Position numbers and translations under genes: made by a program. DNA of 62,915 nucleotides, the filler included, from Nemertoderma westbladi (Eukaryota > Animalia > Xenacoelomorpha): NCBI GenBank assembly GCA_032718475.1. It is 4 parts of 4 records of this genome, joined end to end, with 100 filler letters (N's around TTAATTAATTAA, not from the genome) between each part and the next. Parts side by side here need not be neighbours in the genome. Positions count along the whole stretch, not along the records: positions 1 to 23,145 come from JAUCBJ010006369.1; 3 more parts are not named here. One strand, 5' to 3'. This document shows positions 1-12,921 of the stretch, piece after piece. The notes below the pieces were generated by a model. The model did no database searches. It worked only from the letters and a program-made list of their open reading frames with translations, and was not told the origin of the DNA. Each line of letters opens with the position of its first letter. The stretch's first letter is position 1.

Positions 1-486
1 CATGGACTGATTTAGTATGCCTCGTAAAGGAGGTAATTAAGGTAAATGTCTTATCACATTCGGAGCATTCGAATATAACCCCTTCGTGAATGCTCCTTAT
101 GTGCGTCTTAAGGTGATTTTCCCTTGAATATGATTTATTGCACGCGATACACTCATATTTGACATTTCCATGTACAGTTTCCATATGATTCCTAACGTAC
201 CAATTGGATGAAAATACTTGTCCACATTGATTGCATGTGGGGCTAAGGTCGCAGCTGTAGTGCTTTGGAAGATTATGGCATTCGTTTAAATAATGTTGTA
301 TATAATTATTATACGAATGGCCGCAGTAATTGCATTGAAACCATCTACGAGATCTATCCATCGGTCGAACTCGAACAAATACAGCTTTGCCAATAGCCAA
401 TTGCCAATAGGGATTTTACTCTTCTTAGTAGGCCTACAGCGGTCCGACAGTAGTGCCCAACTTAACACAGTAACGTAGTGTTTGGT

Positions 487-1115
487 GGTATGTACTAAAA
501 GGTAGAACGATCTATAACGGGCTATATAGCGATCTATAACGGGCTATAAATTTCTATAAACAAGCTATAACCACCTATAACGAACTATAATATGAAAATT
601 TACATTAAAAAACCCCCCTTGGGTGTGTTTAACTTTTGGATTAACACGGTGGTCTGAAAAATACCGCAGGTTAAAAATTAGGGTAGGCCTATCTGCATGC
701 CTAATTGATACTGGTAAGTTTTTTTTTATTGGCCTATATGTTGCTCACTATATTCCTGTATTCTATATCGACCAGAAGTTGACAGCGGGTAGCAGGATGG
801 AGGATAGACAGAGATATGGGAGACCTCTCCACTGCTGCACACTGTCTGATAGTTCTGTAGTCAGTTAATGCAGTAGTGGCATGCTGACTAATGCAGTAAT
901 GACTGATTTCGTGATACCACAAAGATGTAAAGCATTATGGACTAAAAATCCAAATTGCCTAATTAAATTACTGACTAGGAAAATAAATCCATTCTAAAAT
1001 ATGTTTTTTTATTGTAAATTTTCAGATTATAGCTCGTTGTACTGTTATAGGTGGTTATAGCTTGTTATAGGAAGTTATAGCCCGTTATAGATCGTTCTAC
1101 CTTTTAGTACATACC
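487..1115. mobile_element. Non-autonomous TIR DNA transposon (MULE-like MITE)
   Basis: Long TIRs GGTATGTACTAAAAGGTAGAACGATCTATAACGGGCTATA... / ...TATAGCCCGTTATAGATCGTTCTACCTTTTAGTACATACC, flanked by direct repeat AGTGTTTGGT (477-486, 1116-1125). A 10-bp TSD with GG..CC ends fits Mutator; an 8-bp reading is also possible. Confidence 0.85.
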
Positions 1116-1662
1116 AGTGTTTGGTAGCCTATCCCAGTCTTGCAGTGCAGTTTCTAATCTACTTTAGGCTGTTAGGAACTTCCACTGCCTGTCAAATAAA
1201 ACGCACGAGTAGGGTAGTTCAGTTATGTATTGTAGACGTTTTCCTTAATAGATCGAGGTGTATTGTTGTTGGTAACTGTTTATGAGTAGAGTTTACAACG
1301 TACAATACATAAGTGATTTTGACAGTTATTCAGACACAAAATAAAATTGAGCGATTATATATCACAAAATCGATATTTAAGAAATTTAACCAAACCGCCA
1401 ATAAATCAAAGAAGCGGGACAGAGTTTCTCCCTTTCAACTACCCTTTTAATCTACACCCCAACCCAAAAGCACAGAGGGTACTGATGATACCCCGTGAGA
1501 TTGGTGACGGGTATATAATTTTTGTATTTTATAGTTTTAAGTAAGATATATTAGTAGGCGACCCAATTTGTCAAAAATATTAAAACTTACCCCCCTTTAA
1601 ATTCCCATAATTTTAATATCTCATTCCAAGCATTTCCAAGCAAGCTCCTCTCGCTCTACAAT

Positions 1663-3500
1663 ACTACTAGGATCGGCATGCTGCATTGCAGCTGCATTTT
1701 TAAGAATGCTGTGCCGGCTTGTCAACAAAATTGCACCGCCACAACTCCCTATCACCCATGACATTTGCTAGATCATCCGCATCTTCAAGGCCAGTGTCCT
1801 TTAAGATGCGTCTCAAGAAAGTCATGGGCTGTCCACCATGCTTATTCACTCCATGAGGCTGCCAAAGTACAAGATTATGCACTGGCTGGTCCTCACGGCG
1901 AAAGCAATGTCCTGCAAAGCGGAAGCGATTTTGTTCTAGTGTCAAGCTTGGGGGAACCAATGAGACACCTCCAATGTTATATAGTGTCTGGTTGGAGATG
2001 TGTGCATTGTACTTGACACAATGAACCCGGCGTAGCATTCTTGTGAATGTGCCATCCAGAGATTTGGTGTCCTCAGCAGTTAGAGCCCAGCATGAACTCC
2101 CGTAGAGGAGTACTGGAACTACTGCTGCTCTAAATAATCGGACTTTAAGTTTCCGATTAATTCTCGGTGACTTCCAAATCCTGGAAATCCTATTCAAGGC
2201 TGCCCATGCCTTTCCTTTACGTATTCGAAGGTCCTCACTTGAGTTCCGGATCCATGATCCCAGGTAACAGAAGTCGTCCACATGCTCAAGCATACCATCC
2301 TTTGAGCTTATGCTCATCCGATCAGAGACTTGCTGAGGACTTCAAAGTTAACTGTCAAAATTTTGGTCTTTCTGGAGTTAATAAAAAGACCAACACTAGA
2401 AGCAGCATGTTCTAATGAGCTGAGGAGCCGTTGGGCTCCCTCTAATGATTCTGAGAGTACTCCTAAGTCATCAGCAAAGTCTAGATCAGTTAGGTACTTG
2501 GCAGGATTTCCTCGACTTCTGGAGCCAGTAGGTGGAGTTATCATCACCCCATCATCATTATGATGATCTAAGGACATGCGTAGAACATAGTCAACCACAA
2601 TAACGAACAAGAATGGTACAAGTGTGTCTCCTTGGAGGACGCCCCATAACACTTCAAATGGTTCTGACAATCAGAACCACCTTAGGAAACTTCTTAACCA
2701 GTCTTCCAGAACATGAGAAGTGGCAACGGATGATGCGGTTTGAGATTTGGTCTATTTTGTCCAATGCTGCATGTGCAGTTGGATTCATCAATAGACCAAT
2801 TCCACCATTGCGACTATCATCTGCTGACGCGAGGGCGAGTCGCCAACCGCCCCCATGTCCTTAATCAGAACCTCATCAGTCTGTCCAGTCTGCATTCGGT
2901 GCTCTTGAACACCCACTGCGCTAAGAGAAAGTTTATCTGCCAAGGCAGTCAGCTCACCTTGTCGCATTGGGGACCCGAGTGTTAGGGTGTTTACTGAGGC
3001 TAGTCTAGTGACTTGCCTCAGATTCACCAATGGCTTTGTTGGTCGGGGTGGAACATGAGAGTTGCCTCCAACTCCAGAATCCCTCTCCCCATCACAATCT
3101 GGCCTCCCTGGTGACCCAGGGTTTGGGTCAGAAAGGTCATCAGGAAAGGGACTCAAGGAATTTTTGGCTGCTCTCTCTCCAGTAGGGGGTGAGACAGGCA
3201 GCCGGTCATGAGTTAACTGACGCCTGTGAGGCCGATTGTGTCCGGTAATTCCACTGGCCTCTAGTGGCCGGACCTCCGCATTGCTAATGTAATCCATAGT
3301 GGGGGTTGGGGGGTGCTTTTTTGCCGAGTCAGCTCTCGGGGCAAATACCACACCCTGGTTTGCCATTCCACAGGGTGGGCGTCGCAATGGAGTCAGATAT
3401 GAGGCCCCATCACCCATATCTACTCTGGCGCACATGACCCACCATTGGCTGTTGCAGCTCATCTGCTGGGTCATGCCCTGTACCCTTGCTGCCAGGTGAA
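1663..3500 (-). mobile_element. RTE-clade LINE, internally deleted and frameshifted
   Basis: APE endonuclease N-terminus (ASVNTLTL...VGVQEHR, ORF 2788-3474) is joined near 2670 directly to RT motifs GVLQGDTLVPFLF and LDFADDL (2314-2670), followed by an RTE C-terminus FCYLGS...LLYGSSCW...FAGHCFR (1700-2317) and a short 3' UTR ending in TAGTAG-like units. Confidence 0.9.
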
Positions 3501-3504
3501 GGTC

Positions 3505-3781
3505 GCAGTGAACCGCAATGGATTTTACCGCAATTAATAATCATATTTAACAAATAAACTGCTTTTATCTTTAGCTTCTTGGAGCCACACACGCAAATTC
3601 TACTTGAGTAATATCGAAACTTGAGGCAGAGTGTGTACCAAGTTTGGTTAAATTTCATTGAAGATTGGCCGAGTTATTAATCTTCAAACATTCTGAAAGA
3701 CAGATCGACAGGTCAACAAATGGAAACATGGCAGGCCTACTAATACACTAGCTCACCTTACTTCGTGGCTCGCCCCACAAA
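3505..3781 (+). mobile_element. Probable 3' end of a Helentron/HINE-like non-autonomous element
   Basis: Ends in TTCGTGGCTCGCCCCACAA (3762-3780), identical to 31461-31479, and is preceded by GACAG-like units. Family assignment is an inference. Confidence 0.4.
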
Positions 3782-4287
3782 TACAGTAGCATTCCCGAAG
3801 ATATTTTCTATAGTATTTTACTATTTTAAAATTATTTTTATTACAGTACTATTTCGGGGACTGACAGACATACGTATTTTGTATACCTTTTATATTTACA
3901 GTAGGCCTCCGCCTACCCACCCGGTCGCCGGTCCTTATAATTAATTATACATTACAATTTACACGATTACAATTTAAAAATTAATTAAATAACAAGGTCA
4001 GAAGGTAATATTGCGATACCGGCAGACCGGTACCGGGAGTATAAATTAAGTTACAATTGATTTGATATGACAGTATGCTGGTAGGCCTATGAGTGTTTAT
4101 GTTACCAAGACTGGCCATCGTAAAACATCGATAGGCCTACAACTTCACATTGCTGCATTGACATTCCACATTCAGACATTCGATACAAGGATACGACAAC
4201 TACGGTACTGAACTAGGGTGAACTACTGACAACCGCACCGCAACCCCGCCCTGCTGTCCTGGTCTGTTGGTACGATCAGCATTCATA

Positions 4288-6123
4288 ATGGCCATGGACG
4301 CGCTTCTGTCCGAGGCCGACCTCGAATATTGCGCGAACAATATGTTGAACGGCGAAGATTGGGAGGGTCTTATGGGGATGTACTCGGGTTCCAACTCATC
4401 GGACACAACTACTGAGTCCGCTAAGGAACGCCTCGTGCTCTTAGACTCTACGGATTTGGAATACGATGATCCCATTACGTTACCCGATTGGGAGTACAGC
4501 AGTTTCAACCTTAGCTCCCCTGACTTTCTTGACTCTCCTCCGCACACTCCGTCCATTCTGGGTCCACGCAACGCATCGCACACCGCAGTACCGCCAGTCG
4601 TTGGCTCCAGACCTCCCACATCCGCGTTCAGTGCCCCCAACTCCCGCGCAACTGCTGCCGTTAACCCCGTAGCGAAACCTGGAGTTTTCCTCCCCAGCAC
4701 GGCATCCCCACAGCCAACGACATCGATAGGCCTCACTACTTCCGGGTACCAATTCTTCAACCCCCTGCCGAACATCGATATTAAATACGAGAATGCGCCC
4801 TCGGCCTGCCAGTATTACTCCCAGCCACCGACGCTAAACAACCAGTCCTACATGTTTATCGATCAGGACTCGGGTTCGGTTCTTGGCAAACTCGTCTCTC
4901 TTCCCGACTCCCAAACCACCCCGATTACTTTCCTTCCCTCGCAGGGAAGCCTCGATATCAAACCCAGCATCTACGGAAAAGAGAAAGGAAAAGTTCCACG
5001 GGCCGCCCCTAAACAGCAGTCGAGACCGCGGGGTCTCCAGGATGAGGATATGAAATCGTGGAAACGCCATCAGCGGATGATAAAGAACCGCGAGTCTGCC
5101 TTCCAGTCGCGGTTGCGACGCAAGGAGTACCTAGATAGTCTGGAGGAGAGAGTCGCTCAACTCGAGTCTGAGAAATTGATGCTAAGCGAGAGAGTTGAGT
5201 TGCTGGAAGCCGAGAACATCCGACTGCAACTGAGTTCGCCGTCCTCCCGACTCGGAAACTCAACTCGAAGGATCTGCATCCTCGCTGTCACTCTCCTCTT
5301 CCTTTTCAACGTCTCCTCCGTCGGTTTCTTCTACTCCTCGTCCGTAATCCCGGGTTCCTCCCAACTCCTCTCCGTGGCTCCCTCCACCGGTCGTTCTCTC
5401 CTCTCCGCTGCTCCCGACTCCAACAACAACACCGCGCTCCAACTCGGCTACATCGGCAACTGTCCGGCCAACCTGACGGAAAGTCGGCGACTCAGTCGGG
5501 AGTTGGCGGGCTGGGCGAGACGACACGACGGGGCGGATACCAAGGGGTCCGACGGCTGGGTCCGACGCGCCGACGGTTGGGTAAGGCACCCCGACGAGTG
5601 GGCCCCGGTCCCGGACGGCGGCGGTTGGACCGACCCCGACCGTGTGGTCGGCTCCAACTCCCTCACGCTGTACCGAGACCCCTCGCGCCGCTCCCCGCCT
5701 TGGGACTCCATCTACTCCGACTTTATGGGCTCCTTCCAGCCGCGGGACGACACTTTCTACATAGTTTCCTTCAACCGGGACCACTGGTTGCTCCCGGCAA
5801 AGCAGTTGAACCGGACGGCGCGGCCCAAGATGAGCGTCGTGATGCCGGCCGAGAGCGACGAGGGACTGGAGGAGGAGACCATCACGTTGATGCAGATCGA
5901 TTGCGAGGTCGTAGACGCGCGGATGCTGAACGTAACCCGCGGACAGCCGACGACCGGCGATCTCATGGCCACTCCGCCCGAGGACCCCGTCGTCTACCGA
6001 ACCGACGAGGACAGCGTAGAGGATTCCGTGGTCTCCGTGCGCTACGAGACCCCGCGAGCTCGAGAGGCGAGTGTGAGGAACTTCCCGAGCGGATCGCTGA
6101 AGGCAGGGCGACGTCGCATGTGA
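4288..6123 (+). CDS. ATF6: ATF6-like ER-stress membrane-bound bZIP transcription factor, single coding exon
   Basis: bZIP KRHQRMIKNRESAFQSRLRRKEYLDSLEERV, TM helix ICILAVTLLFLF, S1P-type site RSLL, luminal motifs NLTESRRLSRELAGW, TFYIVSFNRDHWLLPA, RPKMSVVMPA and MQIDCEV, all characteristic of ATF6. First ATG is at 4288; the ORF track starts at a TTG. Confidence 0.95.
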   Translation: MAMDALLSEADLEYCANNMLNGEDWEGLMGMYSGSNSSDTTTESAKERLVLLDSTDLEYDDPITLPDWEYSSFNLSSPDFLDSPPHTPSILGPRNASHTAVPPVVGSRPPTSAFSAPNSRATAAVNPVAKPGVFLPSTASPQPTTSIGLTTSGYQFFNPLPNIDIKYENAPSACQYYSQPPTLNNQSYMFIDQDSGSVLGKLVSLPDSQTTPITFLPSQGSLDIKPSIYGKEKGKVPRAAPKQQSRPRGLQDEDMKSWKRHQRMIKNRESAFQSRLRRKEYLDSLEERVAQLESEKLMLSERVELLEAENIRLQLSSPSSRLGNSTRRICILAVTLLFLFNVSSVGFFYSSSVIPGSSQLLSVAPSTGRSLLSAAPDSNNNTALQLGYIGNCPANLTESRRLSRELAGWARRHDGADTKGSDGWVRRADGWVRHPDEWAPVPDGGGWTDPDRVVGSNSLTLYRDPSRRSPPWDSIYSDFMGSFQPRDDTFYIVSFNRDHWLLPAKQLNRTARPKMSVVMPAESDEGLEEETITLMQIDCEVVDARMLNVTRGQPTTGDLMATPPEDPVVYRTDEDSVEDSVVSVRYETPRAREASVRNFPSGSLKAGRRRM

Positions 6124-6271
6124 TTGGATTACTCTTTTTCAGGTTGTTTCTGATTGGCTATCTCCGCTGACCTTGACGGTGTATCAGAATGAATTTCACT
6201 TCTTTTTTGATTGGTTGATTATTGTTGACTTATATGATTGGCTGACTCTGTGACCACGGACGGACACCGTA

Positions 6272-9200
6272 GCTAAATCGGTTTCGTTTGTTACTTTATT
6301 TGACTACTAAATCGGTTTCGTTTGTTACTTTATATGACTACTAAATCGGTTTCGTTTGTTACTTTATTTGACTACTAAATCGGTTTCGTTTGTTACTTTA
6401 TATGACTACTAAATCGGTTTCGTTTGTTACTTTATTTGACTACTAAATCGGTTTCGTTTGTTACTTTATTTGACTACTAAATCGGTTTCGTTTGTTACTT
6501 AATATGACTACTAAATCGGTTTCGTTTGTTACTTTATTTGACTACTAAATCGGTTTCGTTTGTTACTTTATTTGACTACTAAATCGGTTTTGTTTGTTAC
6601 TTTATTTGACTACTAAATCGGTTTCGTTTGTTACTTTATTTGACTACTAAATCGGTTTTGTTTGTTACTTTATTTGACTACTAAATCGGTTTCGTTTGTT
6701 ACTTTATTTGACTACTAAATCGGTTTCGTTTGTTACTTAATATGACTACTAAATCGGTTTCGTTTGTTACTTTATTTGACTACTAAATCGGTTTCGTTTG
6801 TTACTTTATTTAACTACTAAATCGGTTTTGTTTGTTACTTTATTTGACTACTAAATCGGTTTCGTTTGTTACTTTATTTGACTACTAAATCGGTTTTGTT
6901 TGTTACTTTATTTGACTACTAAATCGGTTTCGTTTGTTACTTTATTTAACTACTAAATCGGTTTCGTTTGTTACTTTATTTGACTACTAAATCGGTTTCG
7001 TTTGTTACTTTATTTGACTACTAAATCGGTTTCGTTTGTTACTTAATATGACTACTAAATCGGTTTCGTTTGTTACTTTATTTGACTACTAAATCGGTTT
7101 CGTTTGTTACTTTATTTGACTACTAAATCGGTTTTGTTTGTTACTTTATTTGACTACTAAATCGGTTTCGTTTGTTACTTTATTTGACTACTAAATCGGT
7201 TTTGTTTGTTACTTTATTTGACTACTAAATCGGTTTCGTTTGTTACTTTATTTGACTACTAAATCGGTTTTGTTTGTTACTTTATTTGACTACTAAATCG
7301 GTTTCGTTTGTTACTTTATTTGACTACTAAATCGGTTTTGTTTGTTACTTTATTTGACTACTAAATCGGTTTTGTTTGTTACTTTATTTGACTACTAAAT
7401 CGGTTTTGTTTGTTACTTTATTTGACTACTAAATCGGTTTCGTTTGTTACTTTATTTGACTACTAAATCGGTTTTGTTTGTTACTTTATTTGACTACTAA
7501 ATCGGTTTTGTTTGTTACTTTATTTGACTACTAAATCGGTTTCGTTTGTTACATTATTTAACTACTAAATCGGTTTCGTTTGTTACTTTATTTGACTACT
7601 AAATCGGTTTCGTTTGTTACTTTATTTGACTACTAAATCGGTTTTGTTTGTTACTTTATTTGACTACTAAATCGGTTTTGTTTGTTACTTTATTTGACTA
7701 CTAAATCGGTTTCGTTTGTTACTTTATTTAACTACTAAATCGGTTTCGTTTGTTACTTTATTTGACTACTAAATCGGTTTCGTTTGTTACTTTATTTGAC
7801 TACTAAATCGGTTTCGTTTGATACTTTATTTAACTACTAAATCGGTTTCGTTTGTTACTTTATTTGACTACTAAATCGGTTTCGTTTGTTACTTTATTTG
7901 ACTACTAAATCGGTTTTGTTTGTTACTTTATTTGACTACTAAATCGGTTTCGTTTGTTACTTTATTTAACTACTAAATCGGTTTCGTTTGTTACTTTATT
8001 TGACTACTAAATCGGTTTTGTTTGTTACTTTATTTGACTACTAAATCGGTTTTGTTTGTTACTTTATTTGACTACTAAATCGGTTTCGTTTGTTACTTTA
8101 TTTGACTACTAAATCGGTTTCGTTTGTTACTTTATTTGACTACTAAATCGGTTTCGTTTGTTACTTTATTTGACTACTAAATCGGTTTCGTTTGTTACTT
8201 TATTTGACTACTAAATCGGTTTCGTTTGATACTTTATTTAACTACTAAATCGGTTTCGTTTGTTACTTTATTTGACTACTAAATCGGTTTCGTTTGTTAC
8301 TTTATTTGACTACTAAATCGGTTTTGTTTGTTACTTTATTTGACTACTAAATCGGTTTCGTTTGTTACTTTATTTAACTACTAAATCGGTTTCGTTTGTT
8401 ACTTTATTTGACTACTAAATCGGTTTTGTTTGTTACTTTATTTGACTACTAAATCGGTTTCGTTTGTTACTTTATTTAACTACTAAATCGGTTTCGTTTG
8501 TTACTTTATTTGACTACTAAATCGGTTTTGTTTGTTACTTTATTTGACTACTAAATCGGTTTTGTTTGTTACTTTATTTGACTACTAAATCGGTTTCGTT
8601 TGTTACTTTATTTGACTACTAAATCGGTTTCGTTTGTTACTTTATTTAACTACTAAATCGGTTTCGTTTGTTACTTTATTTGACTACTAAATCGGTTTTG
8701 TTTGTTACTTTATTTGACTACTAAATCGGTTTTGTTTGTTACTTTATTTGACTACTAAATCGGTTTCGTTTGTTACTTTATTTGACTACTAAATCGGTTT
8801 CGTTTGTTACTTTATTTGACTACTAAATCGGTTTCGTTTGTTACTTTATTTGACTACTAAATCGGTTTCGTTTGTTACTTTATTTGACTACTAAATCGGT
8901 TTCGTTTGATACTTTATTTAACTACTAAATCGGTTTCGTTTGTTACTTTATTTGACTACTAAATCGGTTTCGTTTGTTACTTTATTTGACTACTAAATCG
9001 GTTTTGTTTGTTACTTTATTTGACTACTAAATCGGTTTCGTTTGTTACTTTATTTAACTACTAAATCGGTTTCGTTTGTTACTTTATTTGACTACTAAAT
9101 CGGTTTTGTTTGTTACTTTATTTGACTACTAAATCGGTTTTGTTTGTTACTTTATTTGACTACTAAATCGGTTTCGTTTGTTACTTTATTTGACTACTAA

Positions 9201-9645
9201 ATCGGTTTCGTTTGTTACTTTATTTGACTACTAAATCGGTTTCGTTTGTTACTTTATTTGACTACTAAATCGGTTTCGTTTGTTACTTTATTTGACTACT
9301 AAATCGGTTTTGTTTGTTACTTTATTTGACTACTAAATCGGTTTCGTTTGTTACTTTATTTAACTACTAAATCGGTTTCGTTTGTTACTTTATTTGACTA
9401 CTAAATCGGTTTTGTTTGTTACTTTATTTGACTACTAAATCGGTTTTGTTTGTTACTTTATTTGACTACTAAATCGGTTTCGTTTGTTACTTTATTTGAC
9501 TACTAAATCGGTTTCGTTTGTTACTTTATTTGACTACTAAATCGGTTTCGTTTGTTACTTTATTTGACTACTAAATCGGTTTCGTTTGTTACTTTATTTG
9601 ACTATTACATCGGTTTTGTTTGTTACTATATTTGACTACTAACTC
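6272..9645. repeat. 34-bp minisatellite, about 99 highly homogeneous copies
   Basis: Unit ACTACTAAATCGGTTTCGTTTGTTACTTTATTTG head-to-tail with only a few recurrent single-base variants. Confidence 0.98.
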
Positions 9646-12600
9646 GGTGATGGGTTTCGGATTGGGACGTTTGCAGACCCACAAAGTCTATGATTAATAT
9701 TTAATACGAACTTTCATATCAAACATTTATATTCTTAATTATATTTTATTTCTTATTTATTTATTTGAAATGTCTCTTTACTATTTTTTCTTGTCGTTCG
9801 TTATTGTAATTAGAGTAGGTTTATAAACTCGGCCGACTCTAATTAATAGCTGTCGGCTCTTTATTTTGGGTAAATTTTTAGTCCAAAGTGGAGTAAAGGA
9901 CGATAGGAACATTTTTTAGGTGCCAGTTTATAAAGATTTGTCAGGTCAATTATAGTCCTGGATTGTTTACACCTATAAATATTATCGGTGGGACTTTCTT
10001 CCAGATATTAACTTTATCCAGGTTCGCCGTGGTGACGACTTACGTTATCGACTTTAAAATATAATTCTATTTTTGTTACTAATCGAATCCAACGAACTGA
10101 ACATTTTTTTTATTTCCGTCGCGTTTTGTTTCCGATGCGTTGAGTAGTTTTAAGTTGTCGTTGTTCTGAGTTTTAAGATCTTGTTGTTTTTTGGTATATA
10201 TTGTGGACGAGCCTCGTTACTATAGTGAGCGATGCCATCCGTGTATATAATTAGTGTTTGGTGAATGGTGCAGTCTGTTTGTCTGATTAGCCGTTACTGC
10301 TGTCGCAGTCCGAATTGAGAAACTATTAGACCAAGTCTGTTTACTTCCACATGAGCTAAATCTTAATTCAAATGCATAATAAACTCCATCAAACGTATTG
10401 AAAGCCACAAAAGTAAATGGGTTGATCCCTAATTGGGATTTGGCGATTGAACACTTTGTAAATAATTAAAGATTAACCAGCGGTTTAATGGATGTCATTC
10501 CGAAATAATTATACGTCGTCAATACGGTAATAATTACAACTCACGAGTTCTATTTATCTTTATTTATTTATTATTTGCAATGATATCTATCTGTCGTGAT
10601 TTGTTTCACGTGTTGCTCGAAGTCACTAATGGTTGTTTTGAATTTAATTGTTTTTGTTTATATTATTTATGTGGTGTTTGTAGGTAATTTTAATTGTGGT
10701 TTGCGGTGAGTTTTATTCTGGTGCATTATTTATGTTGTAATTTAGACCAAATTAGTTGGTTCTCCTTTGTATTCAATAAATTCCGTTGTATTTGAGATAC
10801 TTCCGTTTTCGGCAACCTGTAAACAAGATATAGTCCAACACAGACCGGATACCTTTATCATTATAATACAATAATTCGGTTTATACTACACAGAACTACA
10901 CGACCTTTATTAATAATAATTTATTTATAATTATGATTGGAACTTGGAAAGATGAAATTTTCCATAATTTTCAATAAATTTTCAAACAATAAATTTTCAA
11001 AGATTATGTTACGAAAATATTACCTACGTTGAATTCAGAGTCACTTATAGATTTCCGGCATATCCCACATACAACTAAATACCATAAATATAATTATTGT
11101 ATCCCACCGGCGGGACTACAAATAATATCAGAATAGCACCAGGTTCCTTTAGACCTAATATCTAAAATAATTAATTATTTAGGAGTTCGATATTGATTGT
11201 AATTGTTCACTGGTGACTGACAGGTTCTGCTGCCTCTTATTACTGACTTTGTGATTAAACATTAACGAATACACGGCTTCTACTGAATTAATAGGTACAC
11301 AATAATATTTGCTGATATTTTCTGCACAAATTGATTATTTTGTTCACCTTTTAAATCGATCTATCCGGGTTCCAATCAAAATAAAATGGATTTAATAAAA
11401 ACAAATTATATGTTATTTTTGATTTGCGGTTTTTCTGCAGTATTTTGTGTGTTTTACTTAAAAACCTGTGTAATTTCCTTACTGGTGTGGTGATAAACTC
11501 TTCCAATATATTTTTGTTGTGTACTAGTATTATTAGTATTTTGTACTTAGTTTTTTTATTGCCATATTGGTTCTGGTTAGCTTTAAGGTTTTTGTGTGAT
11601 ATTTTCGTTTATATTAAGTTTACAACAGACTGTACGACTTATTTAAATTATAAATAAACCGTGGCATTCGAATTATTAATTTCTGTATTATTTTTTCCCC
11701 TCTGCTTTAACATATTACTACGTCTGCGCGATTGTTTAGCTCACAGCGCTGTGACACGCCACGGTATCCAGGGCCAAAAAGAACTCCTCGAGTAGTAGAA
11801 GCTAATGTTTTTCCACCGCAATGTATAAAATTATCTCTGAATCCGAAAAGCTTTTCATGCATAGCTGTGATAGAGATACAAATGTATGTACAAAACAAAA
11901 GGCCGGGTCTTTGATATTTTCAGATGTAAAATATTATTACTTTTTGTAGAATTTGATGCATTAAAAAAATTGGAAGGACTTCACTCACGTAGGGGTTGAA
12001 CCAGCGCTACTACGCAATAAATCCGCCACGGGTCACTGTCACACACTTTAGTATCTTAGTGACTTGGGCAACTGTTTGCAGTGGGCGATTTGGGTTGCGC
12101 GCGGTGGTTATCTGTCTGGGGGGGGGGGGGGGGGGGGGTTGGCGTAGAAGTATAAATTTTGACATTTTCTTCTACACTTCTGGGCGGTGGGATGGACATG
12201 CTGATTAAAACGTTCGAAAATCATACTTATACCATCCGTTTCCTGCCCCAAATTACATTAATCCGTTCTCCAGTTATTGAATGTCGAAATAAAAATGGGG
12301 TTTATCATGGTGACGTTTTAAAATGAAAATAAAAGGTAAAAATATTTATATTGAAATGGTGGAATTTATATGCTGTGATCGCGTTTATAATATAAGTTAT
12401 AAGATCCACATATTTCGAAAGTTAAATGGTTCTAATAGTTGCAGGAATGGAGGAAACTGAAAATGTCGTCAATGATGGGTCATTTCTTGAACAACGACCG
12501 TAAATTATTGCGAAAAATTATTTATAAACTATTATTATTATATATTACTATAATTTTGTGTGTTTTTGTCTTTTTCACGTGCCAAATATTACCCCTTGTC

Positions 12601-12921
12601 CCTCAGAAGTTCAGTTGACACGATCATCTACTCTCCCCTGAATGAAGTAGGCTAAGACGCCAAAAATCCCTGTATAGGTTTATGAATACTTAATGTAATA
12701 TAAATAAATATGACGTGTAGGGTAAAGGTATATCTTAATATTTCGAAATAAGGCACAATACGGCACAAACACATAAATATGAGCATGAAGAACAAGAACA
12801 TACGATTAATACGCTAGGATTGTAATATAAGATATAAATAAATAAGTTACACACAGAATCTTGTTTACTAAATAAAAGCACCATTTTGCTCAATAAAATC
12901 ATAAAATACAATAAATTAACT

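Noticed and set aside
4200-6170. Overlapping and antisense ORFs on ATF6
   Set aside because: Expected shadows of a GC-rich CDS, with no recognisable motifs.
6272-9645. CRISPR array (34-bp repeat)
   Set aside because: Units are contiguous with no unique spacers, there are no cas genes, and the context is eukaryotic. The same applies to the arrays at 18712, 22321, 23246 and 50748.
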